Assembly (NCBI GenBank): GCA_951406725.2
Contig: OX597817.1
Span: 142,166,001 to 142,230,000, forward strand
Length of the DNA: 64,000 nt
Direction of reading: 5' to 3'
DNA from: Octopus vulgaris
Taxonomy: Eukaryota
Under the pieces are notes generated by a model. The model made no database searches. It saw nothing but the letters and a program-made list of their open reading frames with translations, and was not told the origin of the DNA. Below, piece by piece: positions 37,416 through 52,439 of this stretch. Both the position numbers and the translations under genes were made by a program. Numbering within the stretch: the first letter of the stretch is position 1; every line of letters starts with the position of its first letter.

Positions 37416-37520
37416 ATATTTTCTCTGCAAATCTATGAGAGTTACACTTCATCCATCATATATATGCAAGACATTTTGAATAATATCTGTGTGAGAGAGA
37501 GAGAGAGAGAGAGAGAGCGC

Positions 37521-37569
<49 letters not shown>

Positions 37570-37639
37570 GAGAAATAGATAGATTTCTTTATTAAGCCAC
37601 GAAGAGCCGAACACAATGAGGACAATACAATGTAGAATT

Positions 37640-38372
37640 TTTCTTTTCAAAACCGATCAATAGGGATCGAAAACATTTTGTGACGTGTACGCAAAAAATA
37701 ACAATGTATTGTTTTAAGAACTGAAATTCGCCAAAGAGGGAGGAAACAAAAAACACTGGCTAGGGTTATCTGTGGAAAGAGAATCTTACGAAAAATTCCA
37801 CGGTAATCTTGGAAAAAGCCATGAGAGCAAAGCGCCCTTTATCTTTTTGTTCTACAGGTTCTAAAGTGGGCCCGTCATTCGTGCGGACCATCCTTGCCAC
37901 ATTCACCTACCTTTTATTAAAATTTTCATTAGACAAAACTTCCCCCTCTACTCTCACCTTCCATTTCAAGTAATACTTGAAAAAGTTGATGAGAGGTTGG
38001 CCAGAGAGGAAAGTATTTGTCTCTAAGCCTTTCAAGCCAATCCACCATATATATTCCTTCACCGTAGCCACTAGTACGATGAAAACTGCCTTGCCTTCCA
38101 GGTTAAAGCAAGGTGGTGGGGCAGTATTTAAGGTAGACTCGGTTGACAACTGGACTCCTCATACACATAACAGCAGTCGTTCAACATTGGCCCACACATC
38201 TGAAATATTTGGGCATTGCACGAGCGCGTGCAGAACGCTTTCGTCGTTCTGACCGCATCTTGGACAGGTCTGTTTGGTATTTCTTGATCCATGTCTGTAG
38301 ATCTTATCTCGAACGCGCAATGCTCCTCGATATCAATGCTAGGCCAGGGATCTCTGGAAATTGTCCATAGGT
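37640..38372 (-). mobile_element. Tx1/L1-like LINE 3' fragment
   Basis: KEYIWW..LKGLETNTFLSGQPLINFFKYYLKWKVRVE is homologous to 55647-55900. Shares the 3' UTR motif accgatcaatagggatcg. Confidence 0.8.
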
Positions 38373-38373
38373 C

Positions 38374-38456
<83 letters not shown>

Positions 38457-39299
38457 AGAGAGAGAGAGAACAATCGTGTTTCGTGGTCTGCTACCACAAC
38501 AGCTCCTTTATACGATCCAGTTAGCTCAAGACATCATCAGGTGGAACGACGTTCGGTTTCGGCCCCTACTCGTCTACCGTCTGACGTGGCGGGGCTTCCC
38601 TTCGGAGGTGTCTTCAGCTCTGGTGTTGGGTGCATGTCTTCTTTCTTCTGTTCCCCGACCTCTTCAACGTAGCGTCAACGAGTGTCAGCCGGCGACTGAC
38701 TGACTTGTCAAATTTTTTCCCTTTAAATACCTGCCGCAAGGCTCCAGCAAGCCCCAGCAAGTTGTCACGTGACACTGTCTCAACTCTAACTGTCCAATGA
38801 AGGCGCGTAGTCTTAGCCCACGCATTCTCTATGCATGTATAAATTCCTGTTTCTTCACATAGACATATCCTCCTGTATTTCCTGCATTTTATACACACAT
38901 TACACACACAACTCTACAGACTATGTTTCGTGCATGTTATTCTTGCTGAGGTATTATTTCCTTACTAAATTTGTTGTATATAGTTTGTATAATCTATAAC
39001 ACATTTGAATCTGCACAGTAATTGGGTTCCACCTGCAGTTCCTCAAAATATTCATTTTCATTACAGTTCCGTAAAGGGTGCGTTTAACCAATTTCGCACC
39101 GTAATCTCCATAAAATAGTCATATTTCATGGATATAATAAGTACTAGGCTTACATAGAATAAATACTGGGGGTCTATTTGCTCAACTAAAGGCTCTACTC
39201 CAGCATGACCGCAGTCAAATGTCTGAAACAAATAAAAGAATAAAATATGTATATATATATATATATATGTGTGTTCTGCTTTTAATTTTATTTGATATG

Positions 39300-39368
<69 letters not shown>

Positions 39369-39402
39369 GTGTCTGTGTGTGTTCTGTTTTTAATTTTATT
39401 TG

Positions 39403-39438
<36 letters not shown>

Positions 39439-40129
39439 ATATATTCGGTACATGCATACATATTCTTTGGGAATTAATATTCTTTCAATCCGCTAATCCT
39501 AGATCTGGATTCTGCTCTTCAGACACTTGAGTGACGTCAGCGTGTAGCTCCCCATAGCGACTTGCAAAATACAAAATATTCAGTCCTCAATACGAAATCT
39601 ATTCCGTTACACTTTAAAATATTGTGTAATGTTTCGTATAATTGCATACACTACCATATCACTATTCATAATGTGTACGTGTACGCGTGTCACTGTAGTT
39701 CGCATAATCGCATTCACCACTAAAACGTCGCTATTTATACTAAGTATATATGTCTACGCGTGTCTCTCTATATTCGTGTGCTGCGATTGCGTTGTTGCTT
39801 CTGTTATATTTTTAACAAACTAACGCTAGTTAATAAACTAAACAGTCACATTTCTTTCAATCACATGTTGAACTAACATAGCCTTCAGCAATTCAATTTG
39901 CTCCAAGCTGTAAATATATACAATATTTACATATTATATGCTCGGTATCACGACGTATTCCCGTACGTAATTCAGTTATATTGTACTCATGTGAACCCAT
40001 TAAAACCGAATGATGAGGAAAAATGCGCTTTAGGCTTTCTTAATTGCAATTTCAACAGCCAAATACAAGGCGGAGCACTATTGATATCACATTGAAACTC
40101 ATATTTTATTTTCATTATTATTATTATTA

Positions 40130-41052
<923 letters not shown>

Positions 41053-41502
41053 TGAATATAATGTATGGTTTGGCTGGACTAAAATTTTGAATAGTGAGTG
41101 ATAACATTTTAAATTAAGAGAGCGCCATTATTCCTCCGCTGGAGGCATTTAAATCACGCATGACAAAGCAGGAACTTGTTGATGTTTCCACCTGCTTAAT
41201 TTGAATTCTAATTTCGAAAGTATATGTGAAGGCATAGCTGTGTGGTTGATGAGAAGTTCTCCCACGACCAGTTGACTCTACGTTCGATTCTGCAATACAT
41301 ACATATGCATGAATATAAGCACACACAGACACACACACATATATATATAAAATATATAAATTATAGTTAATGTAACCTACTAAGAGGTAGATGTATCCAG
41401 AGGCACTCCTGGTAATTACCTCAGTATGTATGGTCCTTCGTATAAGGTATACGGCAGCGGGTAATTTAAAAAGGTAAACCGTAGTTTAATGTATATAAAG
41501 AC

Positions 41503-41539
<37 letters not shown>

Positions 41540-41556
41540 ATATATATGTATATATG

Positions 41557-41675
<119 letters not shown>

Positions 41676-41882
41676 AAATAGTGGCGCAACAAAGTACTAA
41701 TGTTCGCTGGAGATAGAAGTCGATATCCATACAACGCCGTTACAAAGCGTCACTAAATGTAGCGAATATAAAATGCAGCGAATATAAAAAAAGATTTTCG
41801 TCTTAGCTGTAGTAGAAACGCCAGAGAAAATGGATAACTTAGTACTCGGGTTTCAAACTTTGCAGAATATGTTTGTTATCGC

Positions 41883-41973
<91 letters not shown>

Positions 41974-42189
41974 CGAGGAGGGGGGCTCAAAGGATCCTGG
42001 TTTTAATGACATCGCGAAAGACCAGGTTGGAAGACCAGCCTTCCGAGTTCTAAGAGGCTTGAAAAATTGCAAGTCCCCGTGAAACTGAATAAGTGTGTGC
42101 TGAATAAAATCATAATTAATTGATTCTCCTGTATTCCTTTTGATCCAAAGCCAGGAGTTTTCCGGCGCCCCCTCGAGTCTGTATGTATT

Positions 42190-42255
<66 letters not shown>

Positions 42256-42328
42256 TATATGTATTATATGCATGTATATATGGAGATCGATAGACAGACA
42301 AACAGAAAATAGACAGACAGCTAAATAC

Positions 42329-42381
<53 letters not shown>

Positions 42382-42502
42382 ATCGTAGAAACACATGGAA
42401 CTCACGGTAAATGTGAGTTTCCGCATGGAAAGGGACACCAGGTAAAAGAGGAATTCAAATTAGGATGCAATTGAACGTAACTAGTATTATATATGTGAAT
42501 TG

Positions 42503-42548
<46 letters not shown>

Positions 42549-42569
42549 TGCATCTTCAATTTTATTCCT

Positions 42570-42735
42570 CTCCTTTTTATTTGTTTCAGTCATTTGACTG
42601 TGGCCATGCTGACCCCGGGACTTATTATTTGTAAGACTATTACTTATTCTATCGGTCTCTTTCAACGAACTGCTACGTTACGGGGACGTGGAGACACCAA
42701 CATCGGTAGAAAAGCGACGGTGAAGCACAAACACA
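42570..42735 (-). mobile_element. Family B SINE 3' fragment
   Basis: ttgtttcagtcatttgactgtggccatgct...ttattctatcggtctc. Confidence 0.75.
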
Positions 42736-43368
42736 GCAACAGAAACATATTTAAATATAAATATAAATACATATATATATATATATATATATATATCTTT
42801 CTCTTTCCCCCGTCTGTCTTGATAGACAATGGGTCGCGCCAAGGGTGGGGCCTACTTTGATGATGAGCAGCGTCTGCTGTGACTGAACAGTCCAATTCTA
42901 GAGTGGCAGTCCCTGGTACAGTTGCGTGACTCCGTGTGTGTGTGTGTGTGTGTGTTGGTGTGGTGTGCATCTATATATGCATGCATGATCGGCATGTGGG
43001 CTTCGATTTAAATGGTTGTGTGAGAAAGATTATGGAACACGCATTAAAATCCACCCTGCTTTATAAATATTTATGCAGAAGATCCCTAAATATTCAGTCG
43101 AACTCACGCCTATCTTTATAAGTAGCAGATATTTCTCTCTCCCTCGACACATACAAGTGAGCTTGAAGGTATGCATGGGTACGCGCGCGTGTGAGTATGG
43201 AAACGTGTGTGATAGAGAGAGAGAGAGAAAGTGAGAGATAGTGTGTGTTTGTGTGTGTGTGTGTGTGTTCTTCTATATATATAGGTGTGTATGTATATAT
43301 TATGAGCATCACTGATTATCTAATATATACAGTTAACATGTTTTATATTTATATATATATATATATAT

Positions 43369-43579
43369 TAATTTCCCTTTGATTAACGGTCATATTCATA
43401 GCATTTTTCCGATGGCCGTATAACTGAAGAGATGGCGGCGTGGGTTTCTGCCCCGACATCCGAAACTCGGAGTCTTATTATGGCTACTGAATAATTGTCA
43501 CATATATTTACAGATAAATTCCTCTATTTGACATAATATCGAGGTCTCTTTCATTCTTTTGTTGTCTTACCATTTTTAT

Positions 43580-43581
<2 letters not shown>
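43369..43581 (+). mobile_element. ~210-bp ORF-less hammerhead element inserted in (TA)n
   Basis: (TA)n on both sides; HHR at 43414-43485; pyrimidine-rich 3' end like the other PLE termini. Confidence 0.7.
43414..43485 (+). ncRNA. Type-I hammerhead ribozyme motif, canonical core
   Basis: GGCCGU-AUAA CUGAAGA GAUG(GCGG)..(CCGA)CAUC C GAAA CUC-G-GAG UC UUAU-U-AUGGCU. Cleavage triplet GUC at 43472-43474. Confidence 0.82.
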
Positions 43582-43622
<41 letters not shown>

Positions 43623-43810
43623 GTATATATACAAACAGTGTACACGTACATACTTTTTTATAAATGCGTATATATATATATACATATGTATACATATGTA
43701 AGTGTATAACATGTTACCTGTATATGCTACATAATCAGTGATGCTCATAATATATACATACACACCTATATACGTATAAGCACACACACACTCTCTCTCT
43801 CACACACACA

Positions 43811-43861
<51 letters not shown>

Positions 43862-44002
43862 TATATACTATATACTATATACTATATATATACATATATA
43901 ATATATATATATACTATATACTATATGTATATATATATACTTTTATATATAATATATATATATACTATATACTATATGTATATATATATACTTTTATATA
44001 TA

Positions 44003-44372
44003 CACTACCGTCAGAAATTAATTAGCACCCTTGATTTGCTCACCATGAAGCGTGGTGGGGGTGGTCTGATGGTGTGAGGGGCGTTCAGCTACAGTGGTGT
44101 TGGGCGGCTCCATGCCGTCGAAGGCAACATCAACGCAGCGAAGTACGTTGAGATAGTACGGGATACCTCTTTGGTGGCGAGGAGTACGTGCTGGCCGGTC
44201 ACCTGACCTGAACCCTATTGAGAACCTCTGGAGTCGATTGGGTAGGGATTTGAATGTGCAGCAATACAGGAACCGACACGAGCTGTTTGGGGCACTTCTT
44301 GCTGCATGAGGGGCCATCCCTGTACAGTACCTGCAGGCACTCATAGACAGCATGCCGACCCGCGTAGCCGTG
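44003..44372 (+). mobile_element. Internally deleted Tc1-family transposon remnant
   Basis: TA + cactaccgtcagaa terminus; MKRGGGGLMV*GAFS, GNINAAKYVEIV, SPDLNPIENLW, LIDSMPTR. Confidence 0.85.
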
Positions 44373-44375
44373 TAT

Positions 44376-44746
44376 CAAAAAGGAAAACTATAATTGCACA
44401 CGGCTGTCTATATGAATTTTTGTATACACATTAGTAATTCGCTAAATTAGCCATAGATTTTTATGTACTAACTGAGAATTAAATCCGGAATCAGCTGAGT
44501 GGAACGGTCCCTACTGATGAGGCTACGGAAATAGCCGAAACTGACTGATCAATATAAGAATTTCTCGAACGCTTTTTTCGGATGATTATATACCCTGTCA
44601 GTATATATGTATACAACTATGTGCTTTAACTACAGCATTAGAGTATTTAGCGCTTATTTCTAGCAATGTAGGCGTTCTAATCCCCTAGTTATCTTTAGTG
44701 ACATAGTTTTCCTTTTTGGTAAAATATTGCACACGGCTGTCTATAT
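44376..44746 (+). mobile_element. Retrozyme/PLE-terminus-like unit with hammerhead, direct repeats and an inverted tail
   Basis: 21-bp direct repeat at 44393-44413 and 44726-44746. 16-bp inverted repeat at 44376-44391 and 44703-44718. HHR core at 44514-44540. Confidence 0.65.
44512..44605 (+). ncRNA. Hammerhead motif with perfect core and extended stem III
   Basis: CUGAUGA GGCUA-CGGAAA-UAGCC GAAA. ACUGACUG (44540-44547) pairs with CUGUCAGU (44595-44602), then A (GUA site). Stem I is only about 2 bp. Confidence 0.65.
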
Positions 44747-44759
44747 CAGTTTTATATAT

Positions 44760-44791
<32 letters not shown>

Positions 44792-45362
44792 AAACTACAT
44801 TAAATCCTAAAAATGAAGGCATGCCTGACTTTTAGCAAAATCCAGTGCAACAGACTATCATCTCAGCGAACTTAATTACACAAGATCGTGAAACACACTC
44901 ACTTTACCTTACATTATTTAAAACTTTATCTCATTCCAACCAATTGCCTGTTTCCATGCTGGAATATCTCTATCAGAATATATTACGAAAATATCCGCAA
45001 TATTTCCTGCTATTTTGTAAATGCTAATTTGAATCACTGCTAACTCTCCAATGCTGGAATACATCGTTGCTTGCTCTGTTGATATTATTGCTATCGCTGT
45101 TGTTGTTGTTATTGTTGCTGTTGTTGCTGTTGTTGCTGCTGTTGTGGTTTTTATTTGTGTAGTTGTTGTTGTTGTTGTTCGTGTTGGTGATAATATTGTT
45201 ATATTGTTCTTGTTGATGTTTTTAATATTACACCGTTATTGCTGTTGTTGTTGTTGTTGTGGCGGTAGTGTTGGTAGTGGTGGTGGTGATGGTGATGATG
45301 GTGGTAGTGGTGGTGGTGGTGGTGGTGGCGGCGGCGGTGGTGGTAGTGATGGCGCTGCTGCT

Positions 45363-45660
45363 GTTGTTGTTGTTGTTGGTTACCTCAAGCGCCTGAGGAT
45401 AACTCTCAGAAGCGCTAGAGCCGTGGAAGGGAGACGAATCATCTCATCCATTGTAGCCCCTAGTTGGCGCATATAGCGTTCCACCATCAGGGCCGGCCAT
45501 CTCAACCAGAGATGTTCTGCAGATTCCACCTCCTCATTACAGAGTCTGCATTGATCTGTGTCGCTGCGTCCTGCCACCTTTTGCCAAAGCCTGAGTGCCG
45601 GATGATGACCACTACGGGAGCGTATCATGTCTGCGAAGTCTGCCTTTGAGAGGGATGCCT
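45363..45660 (-). mobile_element. LINE 3' end (I/Ingi/R1-like) with decayed zinc knuckle and (AAC)n tail
   Basis: RSGHHP...CRLCNEEVESAEHLWLRWP...RVILRRLR* followed directly by CAA repeats. Confidence 0.7.
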
Positions 45661-46753
45661 CGGTTCTTTCATCCGGCTTCTTTGTGAAGACTTCCTTCAG
45701 ACGAGGGTGTTAAATTGGCGTTGGCTGGAACGTTCGACGAATAACCGCCTGACGAATGGCTGTATCGATGGCGGCATCCGGTTGTGGTAGCGAACGTGCT
45801 GCTGATGCTGTGGCTACTGCTTGTGGTGTCGAAGGCGACAGCAACGGCTCGACGGCGGCGGTGACGACGGCTTATTTGCTTTGTGTTATATAAACTCTGA
45901 TTGGACAGACACGCCATCATCCTCGTTTCTTTGCTGCAATTTCCACACAACAATTTATCCCAATTTATTTCAATTTATTTCATGTGTGATTTGTGAGAAG
46001 GGGCTGTTATATCAAGCAGGTCACACATCCATCTGATTGGCCATTCGTTAAGAATTGATCGTTTTGGATCAAGATAGTGATGGAGTGCTGGTGATGGTGG
46101 TTGTTTTGGTTGCGGGACTGGTTCCTCGGATGGTGGCTCTGTTGTTCTCGATACTGATAGCTTTATCGATGCTGATGGTGGTAGTGGTGGTGGTGGTGGT
46201 GGTCATCGTCGTCGTCGTGGTTTTGACAATGGTGACATGGTGCTGATGGCATTAGGAGGGATGGTCTAGGTGTTTCTTGTCACGGTGATGGGGGCTGCTT
46301 TTTGAGTTTCGGTCGTTGAGCGAATGCTTGTGGCTTTGATCAAATTCATTCCTGATCAAATAAACCTATAATCGATAGCTTCCAGTTTGAGTAAACCTTT
46401 AATCAATAGCCTTTTCTAATATCTAAATTAATATTGGTCAATACGTCTTTCCTTTTCTCTAAGTCTCTAAGTTCTCGATTTGGAAGGAAATCGCTTGCTA
46501 TTTCTCGTTTGTCTCGCGCCAATGTCAAAACCACATAGATCCGTGATCCACATTTTATGAGTTATGATACACGCTGTTTGGAATAAGAAATTTTGGAAGA
46601 ATTCCTACAACATGAATTCAAGATTTAATCATTGGCTGACAATATTTTACGAGCGTTTTAATCTAATATTTCTTACTTGTTTATTTCTTTAGATAACTCG
46701 CTTCCACAATCTTGGAGGCAGCAGTGAGAAAACATCTTGGCGTATCTTTCAAT

Positions 46754-46810
<57 letters not shown>

Positions 46811-46890
46811 ATTATTCTAAATATACAACATCTGTACATCACTTCAAAATCTCTCTCTCTTTCTTTCTCTCTCTCTCTCTCTAAAACCCA

Positions 46891-46963
<73 letters not shown>

Positions 46964-46989
46964 TTATATATATATATATAAACATACAA

Positions 46990-47470
46990 ACACGATGGGC
47001 TTCTTTCAGTTTCCGCCTACCAAATCATTCATAAGATGTTGGTCAGCCCCAGGCTATAGTAGAGGGCACCTGCCCAAGGTGTTAGACTGTGGAACTAAAC
47101 CCGGAATGATGTGGTTGGGAGGCAAGCTTCTTACCCAACAACCACGCCTGCACCATATTTGCAAATGAATGTAGATATCACTTTTACGGGTAAACTTTCA
47201 GACAACAGTGTGCTGGCATGATAGCCATCGCAGATCAATGAAGCGTAGCGTATTTCTATTGTGATTACCGACGTATATAGCGCAATCTTTCATAAGATGC
47301 ACCCCTATTTTAAAGGATATTTATGGAAAATAAACAACAGGAGTGACTGTGTGGTAAGTGGCTTGCTTACCAACGACATTGTTCCGACCAAATCCTTTGC
47401 TCGACTAAAGGCGGTGCTCCAGCATGGCCACAGTCAAATAACTGAAACACCTAAAAGAGTAAAAGAGTAT
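46990..47470. mobile_element. Two family B SINE fragments (about 46990-47150 minus; 47338-47470 plus, internally deleted)
   Basis: Homology to family B head and tail. Confidence 0.7.
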
Positions 47471-47743
47471 ACTAAATGGGGTTTGTAAATACCAAGGAAA
47501 AAAGCACAAAGAGATTATGCGACTCCTTCACATAACTGCTTTGATAAATTGGCTTGCTTTGGATATCTACAAAAGTGAGTATGGAGTGGCAACGAATTCC
47601 TTATAACAAATGGCAAATTCAAGAAAAAGTCGACCAATGTAAAGAAAGCTTATCCAGTCATGCCATTGACGTGAACAGTCATAGTCGCGACGGCTGACAG
47701 CAGATGATAATAATAATAATGATAATGATGTTGTACCTCGAAA

Positions 47744-48143
47744 GGCGGCGAGCTGGCAGAATCGTTAGCACGTCGGGCGAAATGCTTAGCGGTATTTCGG
47801 CTGCCGTTACGTTGTGAGTTCAAATTCCGCCGAGGTCGACTTTGCCTTTCATCCTTTCGGGGTCGATAAATTAAGTACCAGTTACGCACTGGGGTCGATG
47901 TAATCGACTTAATACCTATGTCTGTCCTTGTTTGTCCCCTCTGTGTTTAGCCCCTTGTGGGTAATAAAGAAATAGGTATTTCGTCTGTCTTTGTGCTCTG
48001 AGTTCAAATTCCGCCGAGGTCGACTTTGCCTTTCATCCTTTCGGCGTTGATAAATTAAGTATCAGTCACGTACTGGGCTCCATCTAATCGACTGGATCCC
48101 CACCCAAAAAATTTCAGTCCTTGTACCTAGAGTAGAAAAGAAT
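47744..48143 (+). mobile_element. Family A SINE, full-length with duplicated central domain
   Basis: ggcggcgagctggcagaa head, GAGTTCAAATTCC B-box, and gtcgactttgcctttcatcctttcgg..gataaattaagta (Meta/MESC-like from memory) present twice. Confidence 0.9.
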
Positions 48144-49179
48144 ATTATTATACTTAGAATATAATATTCATCTTCCGAGTCTGTGAAGCCCGGTCTTCCG
48201 TATGTAATGTGTCCGCAATGTCCGAAAACAGCGCACCTTATAAACGGTAAGTCTCTATCGTTTCAATTGCTTCAACAGTTCTGTAGAATTAATGGAAGGA
48301 AGGATTTTTCTTAAATGCGTTCATAGCCTGTACGAGATTTCAATTCTGGAAACAGATTTTGCAATAGCACACAGACAAATTTGTCAAATGTTTGACCCGA
48401 GATGGTTTTTTCATAATCAATTATTCAACAGTAATTAATATTAAGATTTGGTTTAATTAGGAAGACGTTAACTAATTTTATTTTCATGCCCATTTCTGAT
48501 TCAATGATATTTGCTTTATCTTCATCTCGAGTTCTCTCTAGTGTAAGAGTAATGACGTATAAACTAATTACTACGTGTTACATAGAAAACTGTCTCTTCA
48601 CAAATGAATATAGGCTTCCTAAACTAATCCATAATGTCATATGAATATAAATTACCAATGTCACATACTCGTATACGACATCGCTGAACAGAAATAACAG
48701 TGAAATACAGATATCTATCGCTCTCGTTTACATCTGTAGTGATTCGTTTCGCTTGACTTTGGGGTATACTGTGCTTTTTAACACTACGTCTTTGAAAGGA
48801 GCTTCCCTGAATGAAATACCGCAACGTAAAAGCGTTTAGCAATACACATAGACTAAGTATGTGACATTGATAACGTTTTACATCACAGAACTGCTTCTAA
48901 TACCAAATTCGAAATATGAGTTACTTCCCGTGTCTTATAAAAGATTGATCAATAAATAGGAACCAAAATATGAACAAATACTCTGTTCAATATATATTAT
49001 TGACCATTGATTCGGTAAATATAGTCGATATAACTACTATTATACAAATGACAGTCATCTTTTTTCATCCGGGGTATTTTCGTCTGGATTAGTAAATATT
49101 TGCATTAGGTATGAAAAGAAAGCGTAGATTGCTCATACAAATCATTTGAAGCTTTTTTTTATAATCTGGTAGTCTTGTT

Positions 49180-49785
49180 CACAGAAGACGCAGGATGTTT
49201 GAAGGAGATCAAAAGGCGAATAGTATTGGCAAAACCTGCATTCTCTAAATTTTATAACATCTCGAGAGACCGTACTCTGAGCACCAAGACCAATACCTGT
49301 GTGTTGAACTGCTACGTCTATCGTGTGTTAATGTAGGGAAGTGAGGAATGGTCTATGGCATCAGGGACGAGAAGGTGCTCGAAGGTTCCCCTTAAGAACC
49401 ATATTTCGCAGCTCTTTAGGAGATGCGAAATGTGGTTCTTAAGGAGAATATTGAGGATAGCATGGGCAGACAAAGTAACTAATGAAGAGGTGATGACCTG
49501 GATTGCGATATATAGGAAACTGCTCAGTGAGATAAGGGCCAAGCAACTGAGATTCCTTGGTCATGTGATGAGCAAAAGAAGGTCAGAAGAATTTAGTGAT
49601 GACTGGAAAGATAGAAGGGAAAAGAAGCAAAGAAAGGAGAAGGATGATATGAATGTCAAGCTTTGAGGAATTGGTTGCAAGAAAGAAGCATTAAACACCA
49701 GGAAGTGGAACAGAAAAAAAGAACAGAGATTTTTGACAAAACATGATTGCCTCTGTCCTACGTTCTGGACACGGTACCTAAAAAA
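49180..49785 (+). mobile_element. RTE-clade LINE 3' fragment, degenerate
   Basis: EIKRRIVLAK.AF, EMWFLRRILRIAWADKVTNEEV, QLRFLGHVM, GKIEGKR. Confidence 0.85.
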
Positions 49786-50324
49786 TAAGAAGTCTTATTC
49801 TTACATTTTCAATGAAATGTCAATTTCATAAAGTTGAACAGTAGAAAAACATTCTTCTAATTGAAGCATCGAGTCGACTCGTCACCCCCATATAGCCGTT
49901 TCTTCGTATTTAATGTAATATATAATGATAATGATTCTAAGGCATTTAGGTTGCTTTAAATTAAGAATTGAATATCTGCAAGTCGATTTTATAATCCTGT
50001 CTGTCACCTCTGTTGATACAAATTCTTTCTAATTTCGCAACAAATTCCCTGAGCGACGTATAAAGGTTATAGCATCACATTTATCTTGATTTACCGTAAA
50101 ACTTTTATATTAAAACACAATCAATAAAGCTGCATTTACATTTAATGACGTCAATGTTTTAAACAACTCGAACACTTAGACACAACTCACCACGGAGTAT
50201 ATTTCTTTTGCTGGCTATTATTCAGATCGAATCTTGATATTCAACATGCCACCGGTCAATTTTCTCAGACCTTCAGCAAAATGTGTTTTTATATCCTTCT
50301 TATCTTTTATAGTTATTCTGTTCG

Positions 50325-50760
50325 TGGAGTCGCAATGGCTAGAGGGATCCCGGTTTCGATTTTCAGACCGGGCGTTGTGAATGTTTATTGAGCAAAAAGA
50401 AAAAAATACACCTAAATCACCACGAGGCTCCGTCACGGAGTGGTGGCGAACCCAGCTGCAATCTTTTACCACAACTTTCACTCTTTCTTCCTGTTTCTGT
50501 TGTACCTGTATTTCAAAGAGTGTAGTCTTGTCACACGAGGCAGAGGTGGTGGCGAACCCTGCTCTACTCCTTCACCACAACTTGCTCTTTTCTGTTGTAC
50601 CTGTATTTCAATGGTCACGCTGAATCTCCCCGAGAACTACGTTAAGGGTATACGTGTCTGTGGAGTGCTCAGCCACTTGCACGTTAATTTCACGAGCAGG
50701 CTGTTCCGCAGATCGGATCAACTGAAACCCTCGTCGTCATAACCGACGGAGTGCCACGGT
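50325..50760 (+). mobile_element. Family C SINE with internal duplication
   Basis: tRNA-like head ggtttcgattttcagaccgggcg; ggtggcgaaccc...ctgttgtacctgtatttcaa present twice; tail homologous to 1400-1560. Confidence 0.8.
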
Positions 50761-51879
50761 AGTTATTCTGTTCATTTGTCGTCTGACTTGCTTAGTGCCT
50801 AATGAAAGCTATGTACTTTCTAATACTCTCAGTATATCGATAACGCCAAGATTCTAATCCACCAAGTTGTGTTCTATCTTACTCCTAAATTTTATTTAAC
50901 AATTTAGAAATATATTAATATGTGCAGAGTTGATTTTCATGGCATATATTGCAGTTAAGCATTCGATTTCCTTAATCAAGTAGAAAAAAATCACTTCACC
51001 CGGAAAACACAGCTACGAAACCCACGGGTCGAACAAAGAAAATTAGCGGCATTTCTTCCTTACGTTCTGAGAATTGTTCAAATTTTTAATTAAGAAACAT
51101 ACCTGTCGAGAACCATTAACAATCTATATTCACAAAGGGCGCTATCTCTAAAAGACAATGTAATAAAACAAAAAGCTTCGAATTTTGTCAGTTGACCAAA
51201 GCAAATATTGGAAGAATGAAAATTTTAATTCAAAATACAATTCCTGCCCAACCCCCAAAATTGACATATTGTTACTAATTTTAAAATTGGAACATTAATA
51301 AAGAGAATTGTAATAAAGGAATGCTCGACAAGTCACACTTCAATATAACCAAATCCTCATTGAGTCCGGTTTCTTAGAGATTTGCAAGAAACATTAATTA
51401 AATAGAACGAACATTGCATAAGGAATCAATAGTTATTGATCAGTTGGAATCCAAGATCAGAGTTTTGCTTTTGCTTTTGTTTTTGTCTCATGGGTCAATG
51501 ACGTGGTTCGTCTCTTTAAAGTAGAATGGAGTTATAATTTATTGTCAACAAATACTATCTTAAACGTTTAATATCACGTCTTTGTTAAAATGAAATAGCT
51601 TTCGACTTCTTTGATTTAGCGTACCGACAAACATACATATATTCATGCATGCAGACAGAATGTGTGCATGTGCATACGTGTGTTAATGTGAGTACAGAAG
51701 GCAAATATGTAGACACATCTAAAGGAATCCTCAGAGGCATAATGCAACGAAGTCTCTTATAACCAACGTCACTTAATGCTCACATGCATCTCATTTCAAA
51801 ACACGCGAATAGACTGAACAATTTTTCTGAATGTTCTGTTGGTGGTTTATATACACAGCAACACATTTCACTAACTGTG

Positions 51880-52195
51880 ACTCCGTCTGTAACGACGATG
51901 AGGGTTCCAGTTGATACGATCAACGGAACAGCCTACTCGTGAAATTAACTTGTACGTGGCTGAGAAATCCTCAGATATGCGTAACCCTTAACGTAGTTCT
52001 CAAGGAGATTCATAAAGATACCGAATGTGAGAAAGCTGTCCCTGTGAAATACAGGCGCTACTCATTGGACTGAAGCAACGAGAAATAAAGTGTCTTGCTC
52101 AAGGACACAACACATCGCCGCATATTGAACTTACAACCTTACTATCATGAATCAACTAACGTAACCACAAAACCACGAAGCAACGCGCCTTCACT
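51880..52195 (-). mobile_element. Family C SINE, diverged
   Basis: Colinear with 1385-1715. Confidence 0.75.
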
Positions 52196-52439
52196 GCAGC
52201 ACATTTAAAAATATGAGACCCAAATTCATCGCAACAGTAAAGTTTAGAGTAAAAGAGCTCTTTCCTGCCCACTCCTTCAAATCACACTCAACTGCCTTAG
52301 AAAGAAATGCGATGCAGTTTCAATAGCCCTAAAAACACTGAATAGTAACCAGCTGTGCAGGTAGGCACGATCGGTGACCGCAGAATATAATCATTATTAA
52401 GAGGCTTTTTATAATGCACACAAAAGTAAAGTTAATTCT

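Noticed and set aside
38469-38620. Minus-strand CTGATGA/CTGAAGA and GAAAC motifs in a GC-rich block
   Set aside because: No single consistent three-stem fold; it may be a decayed PLE terminus but cannot be supported.
39268-39420. Duplicated ~40-bp unit between TA/TG tracts
   Set aside because: Simple slippage duplication with no evidence of function.
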